DNA of 63,816 nucleotides, filler included, from Rozella allomycis CSF55 (GCA_000442015.1; 6 parts of 6 records of this genome joined end to end with filler, not necessarily neighbours in it), one strand, 5' to 3'. Shown: positions 10,979-26,620, counted from the first letter of the whole stretch. Notes: generated from the sequence alone by a model not told the origin. Numbers and translations: made by a program.

Positions 10979-10980
<2 letters not shown>
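10965..10980. promoter_or_regulatory. Palindromic E2F-type site ATTTTGGCGCCAAAAT
   Basis: Perfect 16-bp palindrome matching TTTSSCGC, directly abutting the NEK kinase ATG. Confidence 0.55.
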
Positions 10981-12540
<1,560 letters not shown>

Positions 12541-12622
12541 CACCAAATAAACTCTTTTCATTGTATTTTAAATATTCTTTCAAATTCATACTTCTGTTTA
12601 CATTTCAGATTTCATCCAAATA

Positions 12623-15600
12623 ATGGTCACCCAACAGCCCTCCAGCTCAAATGACCGTGTAAAACTTTGTAAGATCATTTTTTGTCTTGATAAAAGCAAT
12701 AACTATCCACCAATCAAAAGGATTAAAAGGTTCAAAAGGTGACAAAATATCATCACTAGTCCGAACTCAATTCGCAGATTATGAGTATAAAGATGTAACT
12801 TTATAAACTGCCAAACAAAGACAAAAGTAATCAATGATGCAGTTGACGCCGCCTACGATTTTACTACAGATTGGGACCTTCAAATAGACGAGGTAAACAA
12901 CTTAGTAGACGACAAAATTAGAAATTAATTGACACTTTTCTAAACAAAAGAGTCTCATTCACAATAATCGAGGTTTTGCCAAAAGAAAAATCAGCCCTTC
13001 TAGCTACAGCCAGTGTGCACTTAAAAGATCCCTTTGTATTCAAGCCAAATGAACTGAAAACCAGCTTACAGCTGCCTCTTGTTTACGCGGCTGGAAAACA
13101 GGGTATTAATGATCTACCACCCGCCTTTCTCACCGTTACTGTGAGTTTGGATAGGCCGTTACTTTCACATGAGGAACTTGAAAACGGGAATATAATGACA
13201 TTCAAGTTTAGTGACTTTTCTCCAACTCCCGATGACTGGACCCTCAAGGAACCAAATGAAAGAGATTTGAATTCCAGTAACATCCATTAATTGGTAATTC
13301 GAGATATTTATAGCTATACAATAAATACTGTACTACCGCTTAACGAGAAAAAGAATCGAATGGTATCTATACCTAATGGGGTGTTAACAAACCACATTGA
13401 AAGCACACTAGGTAGATACATCAAAACATTCACATTAGAATCCAATATGTCACTCGCAGCAGCACAAGAACCAGTTCAGACAGGTGAAAAAGGCGACGAG
13501 ATCATCGTGACCTGGAGAAAACCTGTTTCGTTTTGGCTATCTCCCGAAGCTACTTCTAAACTGCGAGAAAGAATTTCTAGAAAAAAGCCTTTAGTGTTCG
13601 AAGTAATTTTTGATCGTATAATTCCTAGTTTGTTCGTGAACTCCAGCCAAAGTTTTCAAGTGTGCAAGACACTGCGTCATCGCGATTCAAGGGTCGGTTT
13701 GTAGTTGATGGCACACAACTGCTTTTCCCAAAAGTTTTGAATATTCAAGGCAAATACAATGTTGAGAGTTTTGAAAACACAATTTCGTTGGACACTGAAG
13801 AAGAAAGCAGACGGATATCGATCCACTCGGCAGGGAAATCAAAAAATTCCGTTGATGCTGGGAAACGTAAAATGGTTTAAGGTTTTTAATAGCATCTTTG
13901 TATCGTGGACTTGGAACAACGATAACTCTAGACTTGTCGCTAAATAAGCCTTTGTTAGAAAAGAAGAAACTGCAGCCAGTACGTTCAAAAGATCAATTAA
14001 ATAGATAACAAAAAGAGTCCGAGATATAATACCATTAAAGTCCCCTAATCAGAATAGCATATCTGCTAGACGAAGGCAAAGAGCGATACAGCTATTTGAA
14101 GAGAAAATTATCGCAGTCCTTTGTAACCTATCAACAAAATACAAGGATATGCTTCAATATGATATCAAGGATCCTAATTTGACCGAAGAGGTACAAATTA
14201 TAGTTACATATCCACAAGGAACTCAAGAAGCAACTAGTGTTCTTTCTAAACAGATCAGGAACATATTATCAGCTAAAAGAGCATCTCAAAATAGCTGTAA
14301 CTTCAGTTGTCCGTGAGGTAATTGGTGCTTGTTATTAATTTTAGCATTTCAATCAAAAATCCGCATTTGCACCGCCGGCTGAAATGAAGTCATTTTTGAA
14401 TGAAGTCTATGTTTACATGATGGACAAGCTAAATGGAATTCTAGGGCGGGCATTTCAAGTTGAAAACGCATACAATACATCTGTTTCAAAAACAGCCATG
14501 TCTTATGATTCTGGCCATTTAAAACAACTGGCTGAAGAATCAGAACAAGAGAAATGGACAGAGATGGCAAATTTGTTTCACCTGGAAAGAATATCTCGCG
14601 CGGAAAATGATGTGGAGTTTTGGTATCTATTTTCATAATTTCGTATAGGTTTGATTACGCAAATTTTTGCATGAGGAGCGGCATGTCTGAAAAAGCGGAG
14701 GAATGTTATAGGATAATTTTAGGCTACTCTGATACGCACGCGCCAACCTTGATGGCATATGGTGTGTACTGCACTTGTGCAGGGAAATATTCCGATGGAT
14801 TGCTTTTTTTGAGAAGTGCTATCGAGATATGTCCAAAGGATCCTTTGCCTTTGACTCTATTAGTATTATTCAAATGCTTGGATTTTAGGCATACTATTAC
14901 CACTTTGCAGACAAGGATTATGAAGCAGAACACATCATGGAAATGGTTAAGGACATTACCAAGACTGAAAATAAGACAAATGTTCTCGAATTTTTGATAA
15001 GCATTCAAGCTGAGAAATTCGTAGAGTTGTCCATTGCACAAGTATACCTTTGATTTTTTTGCGACTAGGATATACTCAAAGGGCCATCGTGTAAACCATA
15101 TTTGCAGCTGACACGGTTGTACCTACAGCGAAAGGCAATAAAAAAGGCCGAAGAAACCGTTAAGAAGGCTTTAGACATAAATAAAAACAGTGGAGAAGGA
15201 TGGTTACTTCTTGGACACGTTCATTATTACGCAAAGCAATATCAGGAAGCTCTAATCGCTTACCAAAGGACCCTAAATTTCGAAGATCAAATTAACAGTA
15301 AATTAAATCTCTATCAACAAATAGATGTCAATGATAAACTGATATTATACCAAAATCTTGGGTATCTCTACCTGCGATCCGAGTTACACTCAGACTATGA
15401 GTCCGCAAAGTCTGCTTTTGTAAAGTCTTCTCAGATTAAGCCAACTTCATCGTCGTGGTTAGGAATAGGGATATCTTGTCTTAAAATGAAACAATACTCA
15501 GATGCAGAAGATGCGTTTTCTGAAGCGGTGACATTAAATAACCGCAAAGGCGACATTTGGGCCTTTTTAGCAATATTTTGTTTAGAGACCAACAGAACAT

Positions 15601-16012
15601 TCGAAGCCAATCAAAGTCTACGGCAAGCACTTCGTTGTAGAATATTCGACGCTTCCGTTTTAGAGTAAAAATATGTTCGACAATAGAAAGGCAACTTGGT
15701 GTAGCTTACATGCAACAATCTTTGTATCAAGAGGCAGCGGAGTGTTTGAGATACTCTTTAACTTTTGAAGATAATGAGAGGATTCGAGACTTATTAGCCC
15801 AGGCTATTTCTCATCATCCAAAAGCGGAAATGGTATCTAATCCTCAAAGCGCACCTATGATGCAAAAAAGTAAAACATTTGTAGAAGAAAAGAATACCGC
15901 CAGGGAAATGACTCCACAAATGAAGCGCGCTGCATTGACAGCGTCATCATCAAACCAGCTTAGCCCAAATCTAGGCCATAAATTGAGATCCGCAAAATTA
16001 AAACCACAATAA
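12623..16012 (+). CDS. CFAP70: Cilia- and flagella-associated protein 70 (TTC18)-like TPR protein, many introns
   Basis: N-terminal GLKGSKGD/C2-like region; LVFFLNRSGTYYQLKEHLKIAVTSVVRE and FLNEVYVYMMDKLN motifs; C-terminal TPR array. Confidence 0.75.
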
Positions 16013-16560
16013 ATGCCACGTTTTTGAAACAAATGTTTGAATATTTGTCTTATTTTCTAACAAAATCGCCTTGAAGTGTACAATAGAATTTATAGATGCA
16101 TCCATTTTGTCCTTGGGTACAGTTTCAAACATAGTCTTTACGCTGTTTTCCCTTGTTCCACAAATAGACAAATATGGACAATTCACCACAATGAACTTGT
16201 AGTTTTCCAATATAGTTCTCAAAAATCAAGTAAGGACAGCATAAAATTTTCTAAATACGAGAATTTGCTTAGTACATTTTAGCCCTGAAGTTCGTATCGC
16301 TTCAATTTCATGGATGAAGCTTTCAGTTTGTTGGTTGAAGGCCAAAAATAGATGACAGGACTTAGGCAGGAGTTCATGCAGGGTGTTTCCGCTTTGCTAG
16401 TGCTGGAATTATGAAGGTGGTTTTGGTTAAAATTTGAACTTGATGAGAGATCGGCTGTCGGCGAAATTGAAACTGCTATCACACCTTATACTAATTTAAT
16501 AAACTTTTCAAAGCAACATAGAACCTAATTTCATGTTGATTGTTGAATCCTTTTCTTGCG
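15998..16560 (-). CDS. Possible short hypothetical protein whose 3' end overlaps the CFAP70 stop
   Basis: Minus-strand open segments (LHELLPKSCHLFLAFNQQTESFIHEIE; RTILENYKFIVVNCPYLSICG); exon structure not resolved. Confidence 0.25.
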
Positions 16561-16823
16561 ATTAAGTCTACAGTTGCATTTAAATATCAAACATCAAATA
16601 AGTGATCATAAATGATCAATGATCAATCCTCTATCATATGGATGTTAATAGCAATGATCATTATAATTGTCTACTTGGATGAGAAACCCTGGCCTGAAAG
16701 TTGTATTAACTCAACAATTAACAAATCGTTCTTATTTCTGGTTCGTAAACTCATAAAACTCAAGAATAATCATTCTTATTTCTGTATCGTTAACTCATAA
16801 AAGATAAGAAGAATTTATTTATC

Positions 16824-18928
16824 TTATATTTTGAGGGATTCAAAAAGGCCAGGAAGATTACCTTGAAGTGATTCTAAAATTTCATTCCATGATGGTGGGA
16901 GAGGTTTTGTTGAATCTAAACTGCTGGTTGAAAGAAAAGAATGAAATTTTAAAAGATGATCTTTTGCATAATCCATATCTATTGAAATGAGTTGTTTCAA
17001 AGCATCTAAAGCAGATTTATAATCATTCAATCTAAAATTAACTTCGAATGATGCGTTCCAAGTCTCCTTCTTTTCAGTGAAATGAGCAATTAAAGGCTTT
17101 AGAAATCTTGAAGCTGATTCAAGATAATTTTCTGGAGAATCTTCTGATTCAGATTCTGGTTTAATGATTCCATCGTGCAATTGAAGATAAATGTTTATTG
17201 CAGGGATTGCAGCGTTGAAATAATTTGAATGTTTTTTAATCTCATCTTCTAATTTTAATAAATCTAGATAAGATCTTAAAGGCATTTTTCTCAAGACGTA
17301 AGAATGGAAATCAAATTGATCATCCCAAAAATCATTAAAAAAAGATTCAATTCTATTAAAATATTTCAATGCTTCTTTGAATCTATTTAATCTTAGATTA
17401 GCATTAGCCATTTCTAAAGTAAACCAAATAACTTGCATTTCCACTAGATCGTTTAATGGATCTTTGGAATCTCCTTGTTTAGCAAAAAGAGAAATTATTT
17501 TTTCTGCTTTTTCAATTTCGTTGTTTCTTAAATAATATTTACATGATTTTGTATTAACAAATCTATCTTGGAGATCCAATTCTCTTGCTTCATTCATAAC
17601 ACACGCAGCATTTTCTAAATCTCCTTTATGTTTCAAGATTCTCGCTTTGATCATGTAAAGCTCAACTAATGTTGGCGTATGTTCAATTGCTTTATCAATT
17701 GTTTCTATCGCTTCTTCATATCTCTTTTCATAATCCAAATGTTGCGCTATAAAATAATTCATCCAAACAACCTTTTCTGGCTCATTTTTCTTTTCTTCAA
17801 ACAATTTTTTTACAATTCTAAAAATGGATTCTGAATTCTCAGAATAAAGAAATTTCAAATTCACAAAACATGAAGGGATTCCCTTGTCAAAACAAATATT
17901 CAAATATTTTTCAATTCTTTCCTCCAAATTGCTTTTGCTTATTTTCATCATTTCAATCAACAATCCAATCGACTTTTCATTCTTTTTAAAGTAAGGCTCA
18001 TAAACAACTTCTACTACCTTGTCACATTCCTTTTCCCTATCCAATCCCAAAGCTTTCTCCAAATCCTTAAAATAATCAATCTTATTCCCATTGCATTCAA
18101 TCAACTCTCTAATAATCTTCTCCGCCTCTTTATTCCTTCCCATCATCAAATTCAATTTCACCTTCATCTCCATCATCCCAATCTTATCACAAATCTGCCC
18201 TTTCCTCTTCTCCAATTCCTTCAACGCCTCTTCATAATCCCCCTTGTCCATCATTATCTGCGCCTTGTACAAATACAACTCGCTATCCTCATACTCACCC
18301 ATCGACTCACTAGACTCCTCAATCGACTCAAACACCTCCAAAGCCTTGCCATACTTTTTATCCAAATGAAACGCCATCGCCAACGCAACCCAGTTCGCCC
18401 GCACATTCGGCCGCTGCTCAAGCATCCTCTGGCGAGAATCAGCATACCCTTCAAACTGCCGGAACTGCATCTGCAGCACCGACAAGTCACGCAAAATTTG
18501 CATATTCTCGCGATCCTGCTTGGACGCCATTTTATAACACTTCATCGCCTCTTCATAATTTTTATCCATGCGGTGCACTATCCCATACACATGCCAACCT
18601 ATCACAATTATTCGGATCACTTACACACATGCGATCTTATCGCTTGCTTCAATCCTTGCTTCACACAGTCATAAGCCTCCTCTTTTCTATTCAAATTTCG
18701 CAGAAAAAGGCCCTTCAAAGAAAGAGTTTCTTTTAAATTATATTTCGAATAGTTACCTCCGTGATCAGGACACTTTTTCAAAATTTGATCAGCTGTTTTT
18801 AAACCTCGCTTGTATTGCTTATTCTCATACAATTTCTGGTTTAAAAAATACATAAATTTTACCAAGAGCTGCTTAAATAATGCTGCCTCTTTACTAGGAA
18901 GAACTTGACTGTTGGATTTTTGAGCCAT
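16824..18928 (-). CDS. NAA15: NatA N-terminal acetyltransferase auxiliary subunit
   Basis: LPSKEAALFKQLLKLYENKQYKRGLK, SHVCWHVYG, AIEHTPTLVELY, LDLQDRFVNTK, DDQFDFHSY; three 26-27-nt introns near the 5' end. Confidence 0.95.
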
Positions 18929-18985
18929 GATACAAGGGTCAGGATAGGCAACATTAATAGTAAGAAATAAGATAGGAATAGAGAT

Positions 18986-20424
18986 TTATTCAATTTCAAT
19001 AGTTTTAACTTCTTTGTGGGTATTGGTTATCGTGGTTGGCTCTTGTCCAGCGACTTGCTCAATAACAGTGTCTGACACTTCAACAGTTTCTATGATATGA
19101 GGTTTATGCACCACCTCTTGTTCATCTTCATTTTCTTGTTCATCTTCATCTTGGTCTTCATTATCTTTGTCTGCTGACTCACGTCCGCTGGTCACTTCAG
19201 ATACCGTGGTGTTTCTTTCCTCCGCATCACCCTCAAAAAAGAGAACCAATAATAATTCCAAAATTTTGTCTTTGGATTCTGCTACTGGCCATCCTTCAAA
19301 GGGTAAAACAATCCCATTGACTTTATTGATCAGAGATTCATTAATCTCGCCAGGACATATTTCGTCCCAAATAGCTTTTAAACTAAAATTCATCTCATAC
19401 CTAAATATTCATCTCTAATTAGCTTCAAAGTAGACTCGTCAAAGTCTTTTGGACCGTATTTCTCAACTTTATCAAAAACCTTGATTATTATTTAAAGATA
19501 ATCCTACTTGCTTTAAGAATTCAACAAAGGCTCTGCTTTGTTCATAATCTTCAGGTATCTGCTCTTCCGCCTCTTGCTTTGAAGGGATTTCAAATGAAAC
19601 AGACTAAATCAATCCGTATAGACTAATGTACCTTCTTATTCGATCCCTTTGATAAAATTTCAAAGACACTATAATCATCTTTTCCTATAATATTTACCAT
19701 TTTTTAACAAATTGATAGACAATTTCCCAATCTTCTTTATTCTCAACTTCATTCAACAAAGTCAGGATGCCTCTAAAATATGGAAGATTTGGCAATGGAG
19801 ACTTGATCAATTCCCCAAACACAGCCTTGATGGATCTGTGGATTTCATGGTCGCCTGGACTATCCCGAATCTCAGCCTTTTCATCCACGCTAAATATTAA
19901 ACTTGACCAAAATTTACTATTCAGTTCCATGGGCCAACAAATTTGAGTAGTAATTGATCTCTCCTTGAATGGCGTTCAGATCCTTAATTTTTTGGCGTAA
20001 CACAGCTCTCACATCAACAGCAGTCTTGGCTGGTACGCCTAATGATTCACTAACTGCATCTTGGCGCACTTTTATTTGCTCCATTTTGGCTTCAATTTGC
20101 TCATCAACTTGCTACATAAGTGACCCCGGAAGCAGTTACCTCTACACTATCTTGCTGCATTTGTTCAGCCTTGTCCAATACACTTATTTTGTCAAACATC
20201 GCTTTAAGCTGCTGCTCTTTGCCCTGCAACATGTCAAATTGTCTTTGCGCCATAAGCTCCTGCTGTCTCTTCAATGCCTTTAATTCTTCAAGCTTTGCCA
20301 ACTTTTCATTATATTCATTCATAAGGGACTCCAGCTGCTGCTTCTGCTCCGCGTTGAATTCTTCATTGGCAGGTGTTGTTGTGATATTAATCTGATTCAT
20401 GAAATTTCTATAAAGGGTTGCCAT
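18986..20424 (-). CDS. Hypothetical coiled-coil protein with acidic C-terminus, 6 introns
   Basis: ORF fragments join through canonical tiny introns; Q/E-rich coiled-coil N-terminus. Confidence 0.55.
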
Positions 20425-20659
20425 TAAACCTTCATTAATACAATTTTGTATAAAAATCTGCTAAAATTTTAACTTTAAACGTCGAATTATTTGAATAGCT
20501 TGGTCATTTGAGATAATTTTGTTCTCACTATTCAATTGACTTGTGGAACCGGATTGCCACTACTCTAATGGGATGATTATTTCATTTATAATACCGATTC
20601 ATTTTTTTCAAAATCACCAAAAATGACTATATTTACTGAATGTTGCCTAACAACCTGTT

Positions 20660-21914
20660 ATGAAAACTACAATCCAACAGTCTGGGCCCCCGCTTTTAAC
20701 CGTTGACTTGAATGGAGTGCACAATTTAAAACGTATGTCAGCTAAAATCATTTTAAAGTAAAGAAAATGTCGCAAGCATCACAAAACCAACCAAAACACC
20801 AAAATGGAAACGTTTGAGTCCAATGTCAAGTGTATTGCATAAAAATCACCATCTAAATAGTACATTAAACAAATTGTTATCAACTAGTCACGGAATTCTC
20901 GTTGACAGCGAACAGGTTACTTATCCCAGGAACGGCAGAAAAGGGAAAGAAAGTAACAAATACGCGTATTACAAAAGCCGCAGTCTCAACGACGACAAAG
21001 TAAATGGAGATCATGATTCATGTATAGAGATTATCCTATGCGTTTGTCTTCAGCCAAGGCTACCTTTTCAAGGCCAGATACTGCTGCTTCAACATATTCT
21101 ACATCTTCTTCAAAAGCCTATAAGAACATTGAGTTGGCTGAATCAGTTGATGCACAGAATTTTAAGTCCTTGAACGAAAAACTAAAGTCATCTTTCTTGA
21201 GTCTCTCTCAGGGAAGCATCGATATAACAGATTACAAACCACCACCCACTAATGTTAGGAGAGTTAGAAAACAGTCGGCCAAACAAAATACTGACAATTT
21301 CACAATAGAACAGGTAAATTAATGCAAGTAGTCTTTGAAAGGTTACACTTAGAAGGATTAAATACTTGTTGGATCATGAATCTACAAGAAAGGAACACTT
21401 AGCCTTATTGGATTTGCTTGATGAAAGGTAGTTTAATTAGTTATTCTTGTTCAGCAAGTTGCCGCCAGAAACCATTCAAAAGCACTTCCCTCAAATAAGC
21501 TCCATATTCGAGTTGCAAGATTTAATGCTTGAAGATATCGGACGAAATGAAGATTTGACATCTGAATGGGACACAGTAGACCATCCGCCAAATCTTCCTG
21601 ACTGGGTCAAAAAAGAAGAAAAATTAGACCAATCAAACAAACGAGGATCAATTTTATCCAGATTTGAAGACATTTTAACATTTGAACCAAAAGATGACAA
21701 ACGAAAACCAGCATGGTTTGCAGTCCCAGAGTTAAAGGTCTGGCCTACTACTCCTAAAGTATTTTCAAAAACAATAAATGAAATTGATGAAAATTTGTGG
21801 ATTACAAAACTGATAAAACAAAGCGTGTCAAGGTCTAAAAGAGGCGCCACAACACCAGGAGAATTGATGCAAATTTTAAAGGATCTCGACAATCCGTGTA
21901 GGCAACATTCTTAA
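20660..21914 (+). CDS. Hypothetical protein, 5 introns
   Basis: MKTTIQQSGPPLLTVDLNG start; canonical introns join to ORFs 21020-21322 and 21447-21914. Confidence 0.5.
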
Positions 21915-22009
21915 TAAAATAAATTACATAAATATCGCGTATTTTGAGTTCTGTCTATATCACCCCAAGTGAAAGTGTGAAATTTGGTAATTTCCGACAG
22001 GGGTACGTC

Positions 22010-23455
22010 ATGCCAGGGATTGTTGAATGCCGTTTGAAAAAAGGACTTAATCCAAAGGAGCACGAAGACCTGCAAATACTTATTCAAAAGTGGCTTAAGA
22101 ATGACTTGGACATAATAGCCCCAGGACTTGTTTTAAGTCATTTCCATGAACAACAGTTAACTGACATCGTGGACATGATGCGGATTGTAGCAATAGGTAA
22201 CACAATAAGAACTATCATTATAGATGAAAAGAATGAGTTCAAAGTCTATCTTTATGAATGTGACGAAAATGAACCATTTGATCATATTCCAAGCCCCGAC
22301 GAAGGAGAAGGCGATGAATGTCCTTCATCTAGCTTCAAGGAAATTGTAGTTCCTTGCCTTAACTTCGAAGATATGTGGGAAAAGTAAAATTTCTTGATTA
22401 AATTACCAAAGTTTGATATTTGAAATCGACGTCAAGGATCAATTGATGAACTATGCGGCTACTGCTATTTTGTTTGGTAGTAGACATGTGGATTTAATGA
22501 AAATATGTTGCAACAGGATAATATTGTTTCATGGCGAGCCAGGTAAATTGAAATGGTATTTTGTAGTAGGGACTGGAAAAACCACTCTATGTAAAGCATT
22601 AGCACAAAAGCTGGCAATAAGATTTGTTCCAAAACAGTAAATGTATTTATTGGCCACAAAAGTTACATTGAAGCGCGATTTATAGAGATCAATGCTCATT
22701 CATTGTTTTCCAAATGGTTTTCAGAATCTGGGAAATTAGTGGTGGCCTTATTTAAAAGTTTGGAGCATATAATAAATGACGAGACTACTTTAACATTTTT
22801 ACTGATAGACGAGGTAGAATCTCTAACGGCTGCCAGAACAGCTGCATTAAAAGGAAATGAGCCTAGCGATAGTATTAGAGTAACTTGTTCATGGAAGATT
22901 AACAGGTTGTGAATGCCCTTTTGACTGAAATTGATAAGCTTAAATACAAATCTAATGTCATGATTTTCGCCACTTCAAATCTACCTGATTCAATAGGTAA
23001 TTAATTAAAGAAAATTTTAAAAAGATAATGCATTTGTAGATCGTGCAGACTTAAAAATCAACATTGGTCTTCCACGACAATCGGCCATTTATCAAATCAT
23101 GGTAGATTGCTTTGATGAATTGGTCAAGCGCAAACTAGTTCAATCAGAAGTAAGCAAATCATAATTTTAACTTTTGCTATCTTTTATGGATGTTAAAATA
23201 ATGAAAGTTCTTTCTTTAAAAGATGATAATGATCCTAGCATTAGACTCTGGAATTTAAGCGGTCAACTGTCAGGCTTAAGCGGGAGAGTCTTAAGGAAAC
23301 TTCCCCTGCTTGCGTATTCTAGACATTTAATAGTAAGATATGAATTTTTAGTTTCATTATTGAATAATCTCACAGAGTCTATTGATGAATTGTCCTACTT
23401 GTCAGCATTAGAAAAGCAATCTAGAATTGAAATCGAGGCTAGAATCGCGAAATAA
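22010..23455 (+). CDS. PCH2: Pachytene checkpoint AAA+ ATPase (Pch2/TRIP13)
   Basis: [87 protein letters not shown]. Intron 23150-23176 appears to be GT-TG. Confidence 0.93.
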
Positions 23456-23779
23456 ACTATGTGGTTGTTCATTAAATATAATGTGATGGTTTGGAGTGCA
23501 CTTTTAGATCTTATTCCAATACAGACCATCTTACTTTCATTAAAATAACTAACTATCAATTAGCTAATATGTTTTCTTGCATTAATATTCTACTTCTAAT
23601 TTGTTGCAAAATGAATTGATTTTTTTGATATATCTTAAATCGATATTTTAAAATGAACGGTTGTCATTAACATATTGCACTTAATTGTCACAAAAATAAG
23701 TAATATTAAAAACTATCAATTGCCTTAAAAAGTAGACCAAAACATAAACATAAACAAACAAATAGACGAACAAACACAA

Positions 23780-24121
23780 ATGAAATCTGTCTGGATCATA
23801 ACAGCACTCTTCATATTAATTTGCTTGAACACAATCGAAGGCCAGCCATTAGAATTGGGAGATGAAGGAGTTGGCGAACCTCTAGATTGGGACTGGGATT
23901 GGTTCTATGGGCGCGATGAAAAGAAAACTTTGATAAAGTCGTTAAAATCATTTGTTAAAAAAGCAGAAACAAAGATGAAAGAAATAAAACAAAATTTGAA
24001 ATCTGAAAAGAACCAGAAAAGGATGAAGAATGTGAAAAACGCAGTGAAGTTGGCAAAAATGTTTTTAGAGCAACTGCCAGAAGTCATTAGAGATATACCG
24101 ATAGATGTACTTTTACTTTAA
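23780..24121 (+). CDS. Small secreted protein (113 aa)
   Basis: Signal peptide MKSVWIITALFILICLNTIEG, DWDWDW motif, Lys-rich amphipathic helices; intronless. Confidence 0.65.
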   Translation: MKSVWIITALFILICLNTIEGQPLELGDEGVGEPLDWDWDWFYGRDEKKTLIKSLKSFVKKAETKMKEIKQNLKSEKNQKRMKNVKNAVKLAKMFLEQLPEVIRDIPIDVLLL

Positions 24122-24317
24122 ATAAATCCGTATTTTATTATAAATATTGGAGTTCATGGATTAAAGATCTGAATGAACATAAACAAATTGATTAACACAA
24201 TTGATTTTAATTCCTCATTACTTAAATACCTTTTGCTCTTGGAATTCTAAATTTAAGCATTATGAAATAGAAGAGGATGTGATTTCAAGTCAAAATATTG
24301 TCAGAAGTTGGTAATCA

Positions 24318-26334
24318 TTATTTATTGAGATCTTGTAATATCATCTGCGAGGCGATTGGATGATAAAAACTCTTAAGGGTTTCAAAGGTAGAAAAAGCTA
24401 CGTCACGACCACCTACACAGTTTTTAAGTGCCCGGTATAATGGTCTTACAAATTTCATTCTTCCTTGCACGGAGAGAAAAGCGACGACATGAGGAATCAT
24501 GTTCTTGTAATTGTTTTTCAAACATAACAATTGCCAACGAAATTTGATTTCTGAATTTTTGATCGATGAAAATTGATATGAAACATCTAATTCGTGGATT
24601 ATATCATGAGTTAGTTCAGCCTCCATTAAGTTTTCAAGGAACATGATCTTCTGTTTGGTAGTAAATCTTGTGAAATCAATTTTACGTTTCAACTCAACGT
24701 TTGATTTAATCCAACTTTTAACTCGAGAAAGCAAACATTTTACCCTTCAACAAGATCCAAACAGCTCAATTCTAATTCTCTATCATAATTTGGAGTGATA
24801 ATTGGATGGCCTGGTGTTTTAAACCATTTTGTCCATTCAATTTCATTCATTCTGGTTTCTGAAATTTTATCCTTAAAGTATTCAATAAATGATTCTTTCC
24901 ATTGATCGGTGGTGATGGATGAAAATGCAAACTTCTTAACATGGAATTTCAAGTACGGCTCGAACATTGTTGGACCTCCAACTAAATTTTCCAAATAGTA
25001 TAGAAAATTATATCCCTTTTCATAAGGAACTGATGAGAATGCACCGTCCGGATCGATTCCATCCAATTCAGGAACCAATTTTGTTAAAGGGCTATCAACA
25101 CCAAAATGATCAATGCTCTCTTTTAGTTCTTTCAGTCCAATTAAGGATTCAAATTGTCGAACCTTTTCACCGTACATTTTTCCTAGAATTTTCCTTTCAA
25201 TAAAAACAGTAAACCCCTCATTCAACCAAAAATGTTGCTATTTTATATCAAACTTCAACGTACCCAGTCGCTGTTAGTAACCAAGTTTCCCATCCAACTA
25301 TGCGCAATCTCATGCGCAACAACGTTAGCTAAAGATCTGTCACCAGCTAATAGTGTAGGCGTTACAAACGTTAAGCACTAGAAATTGAAATTATAGCAAA
25401 CAATTTACAGGATTCTCCATTCCACCAAATGGAAATGAAGATGGTAACACAAGTATATCGTACTTTCCCCAACAATATGGAATCAAAAACTCTTCCGCAA
25501 CAGCAAGAAACTTTTCTGTCTCTGAAAATTCAAAACAGCAAGAGTCTAGGATTTCTTCTTCCGACCAACATGTTGTTCTTGGCCCAATATCTTTCCCCTT
25601 TAGTGCGCCTACCGCTAACGCAATCAAGTAGGACTAGAAAATCAAATGGAATGAAATATTTTACTGGTATGACAACCGGTTGATTAAAGTTGTAAGTTAT
25701 TGTGTCATCGTCATTAATAACATTTCCCTTTGACAAGGCCGACATTAATGCCACTAACGGATTCCTCACAGTTACACTCGCTGCGTATGTAAATTTTACA
25801 CGAGGCGTATCTTGGCAAGGTAACAGTGATCGTGCATGTATAGGCTACAAATATCAATTTATAGACATTTACTTGGCATTGAGTAAACAAATACGGATGC
25901 TTCTTTCCAATTGTTTGTTCTGGCTCCAACCATTGGGCAGCTGTGCAATTTGCACCCGTTCTATAAAATATTCTACAACAAGAGATATTTAATAGAATCA
26001 CCTTATGCGAAACTCTTTGTCCTTTATATTCTTAGTATCAATGTACAAGGCGGAACCAAAATTATCATGCGATTTTTCAAGATGAAACTTTGTCGTTTAT
26101 AAAGCAATTTCGAATTACATTCAAATGCTTAAATTCATTTTCACCAATTAATTCAACTCTAGATATTTCCAAATGTTTTGTGTCTAGGATTAAATACTCG
26201 TCATGTCTTTGAGCTCTCACTGTTAACCTCACTTCTCCGATTATAGCCTTAACATCAAAATCAATTTTCCAATCCAAACTTATATGAGAAATATTATATC
26301 TATCGGTATTTGAATATGAGCTGGGATCGGCCAT
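24318..26334 (-). CDS. LTA4H: Leukotriene A4 hydrolase / M1 aminopeptidase, 7 introns
   Basis: [71 protein letters not shown]. Confidence 0.95.
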
Positions 26335-26519
26335 TTAGGAAATATGGAAAACACCGAATAGAGTCAGCAATTTTGAATGAAAATGAAAATCAAGATTAAA
26401 TTTTTAGCATTGAAAAGGTAAACTGAAACGCCAGTACCGGTAATATGAATCATGAAAGAATAAGATACTGTCGTAGAACATGGTACTGATGAGTTAAATA
26501 ATATGGAAAATCTTAATAN

Positions 26520-26619
26520 GATACTGTAAATTTTCAAGAATTTAGCAGTTGAATCAAAGAGAAAAGAAGTTACCACGGTCTGTTAAAATTTCTTCGGGGC
26601 AACCGAAAGGCAGAATAAT
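26520..26619 (-). mobile_element. LTR-retrotransposon (Ty3/gypsy-type) integrase fragment
   Basis: Reads IILPFGCPEEILTDRGNFF, the integrase-core FGxPxxIxTDxG motif; frameshifted and bounded by single Ns. Confidence 0.6.
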
Positions 26620-26620
26620 N

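Noticed and set aside
12595-12601. Forkhead-like TGTTTAC before CFAP70 and LRRC45 (58966-58972) as a ciliary regulon
   Set aside because: Short AT-rich motif also present before non-ciliary genes (near 45216, 48559, 63288); not discriminating.
16724-16802. Two diverged copies of a 44-bp unit downstream of NAA15
   Set aside because: Only two copies; most likely a local slippage duplication.
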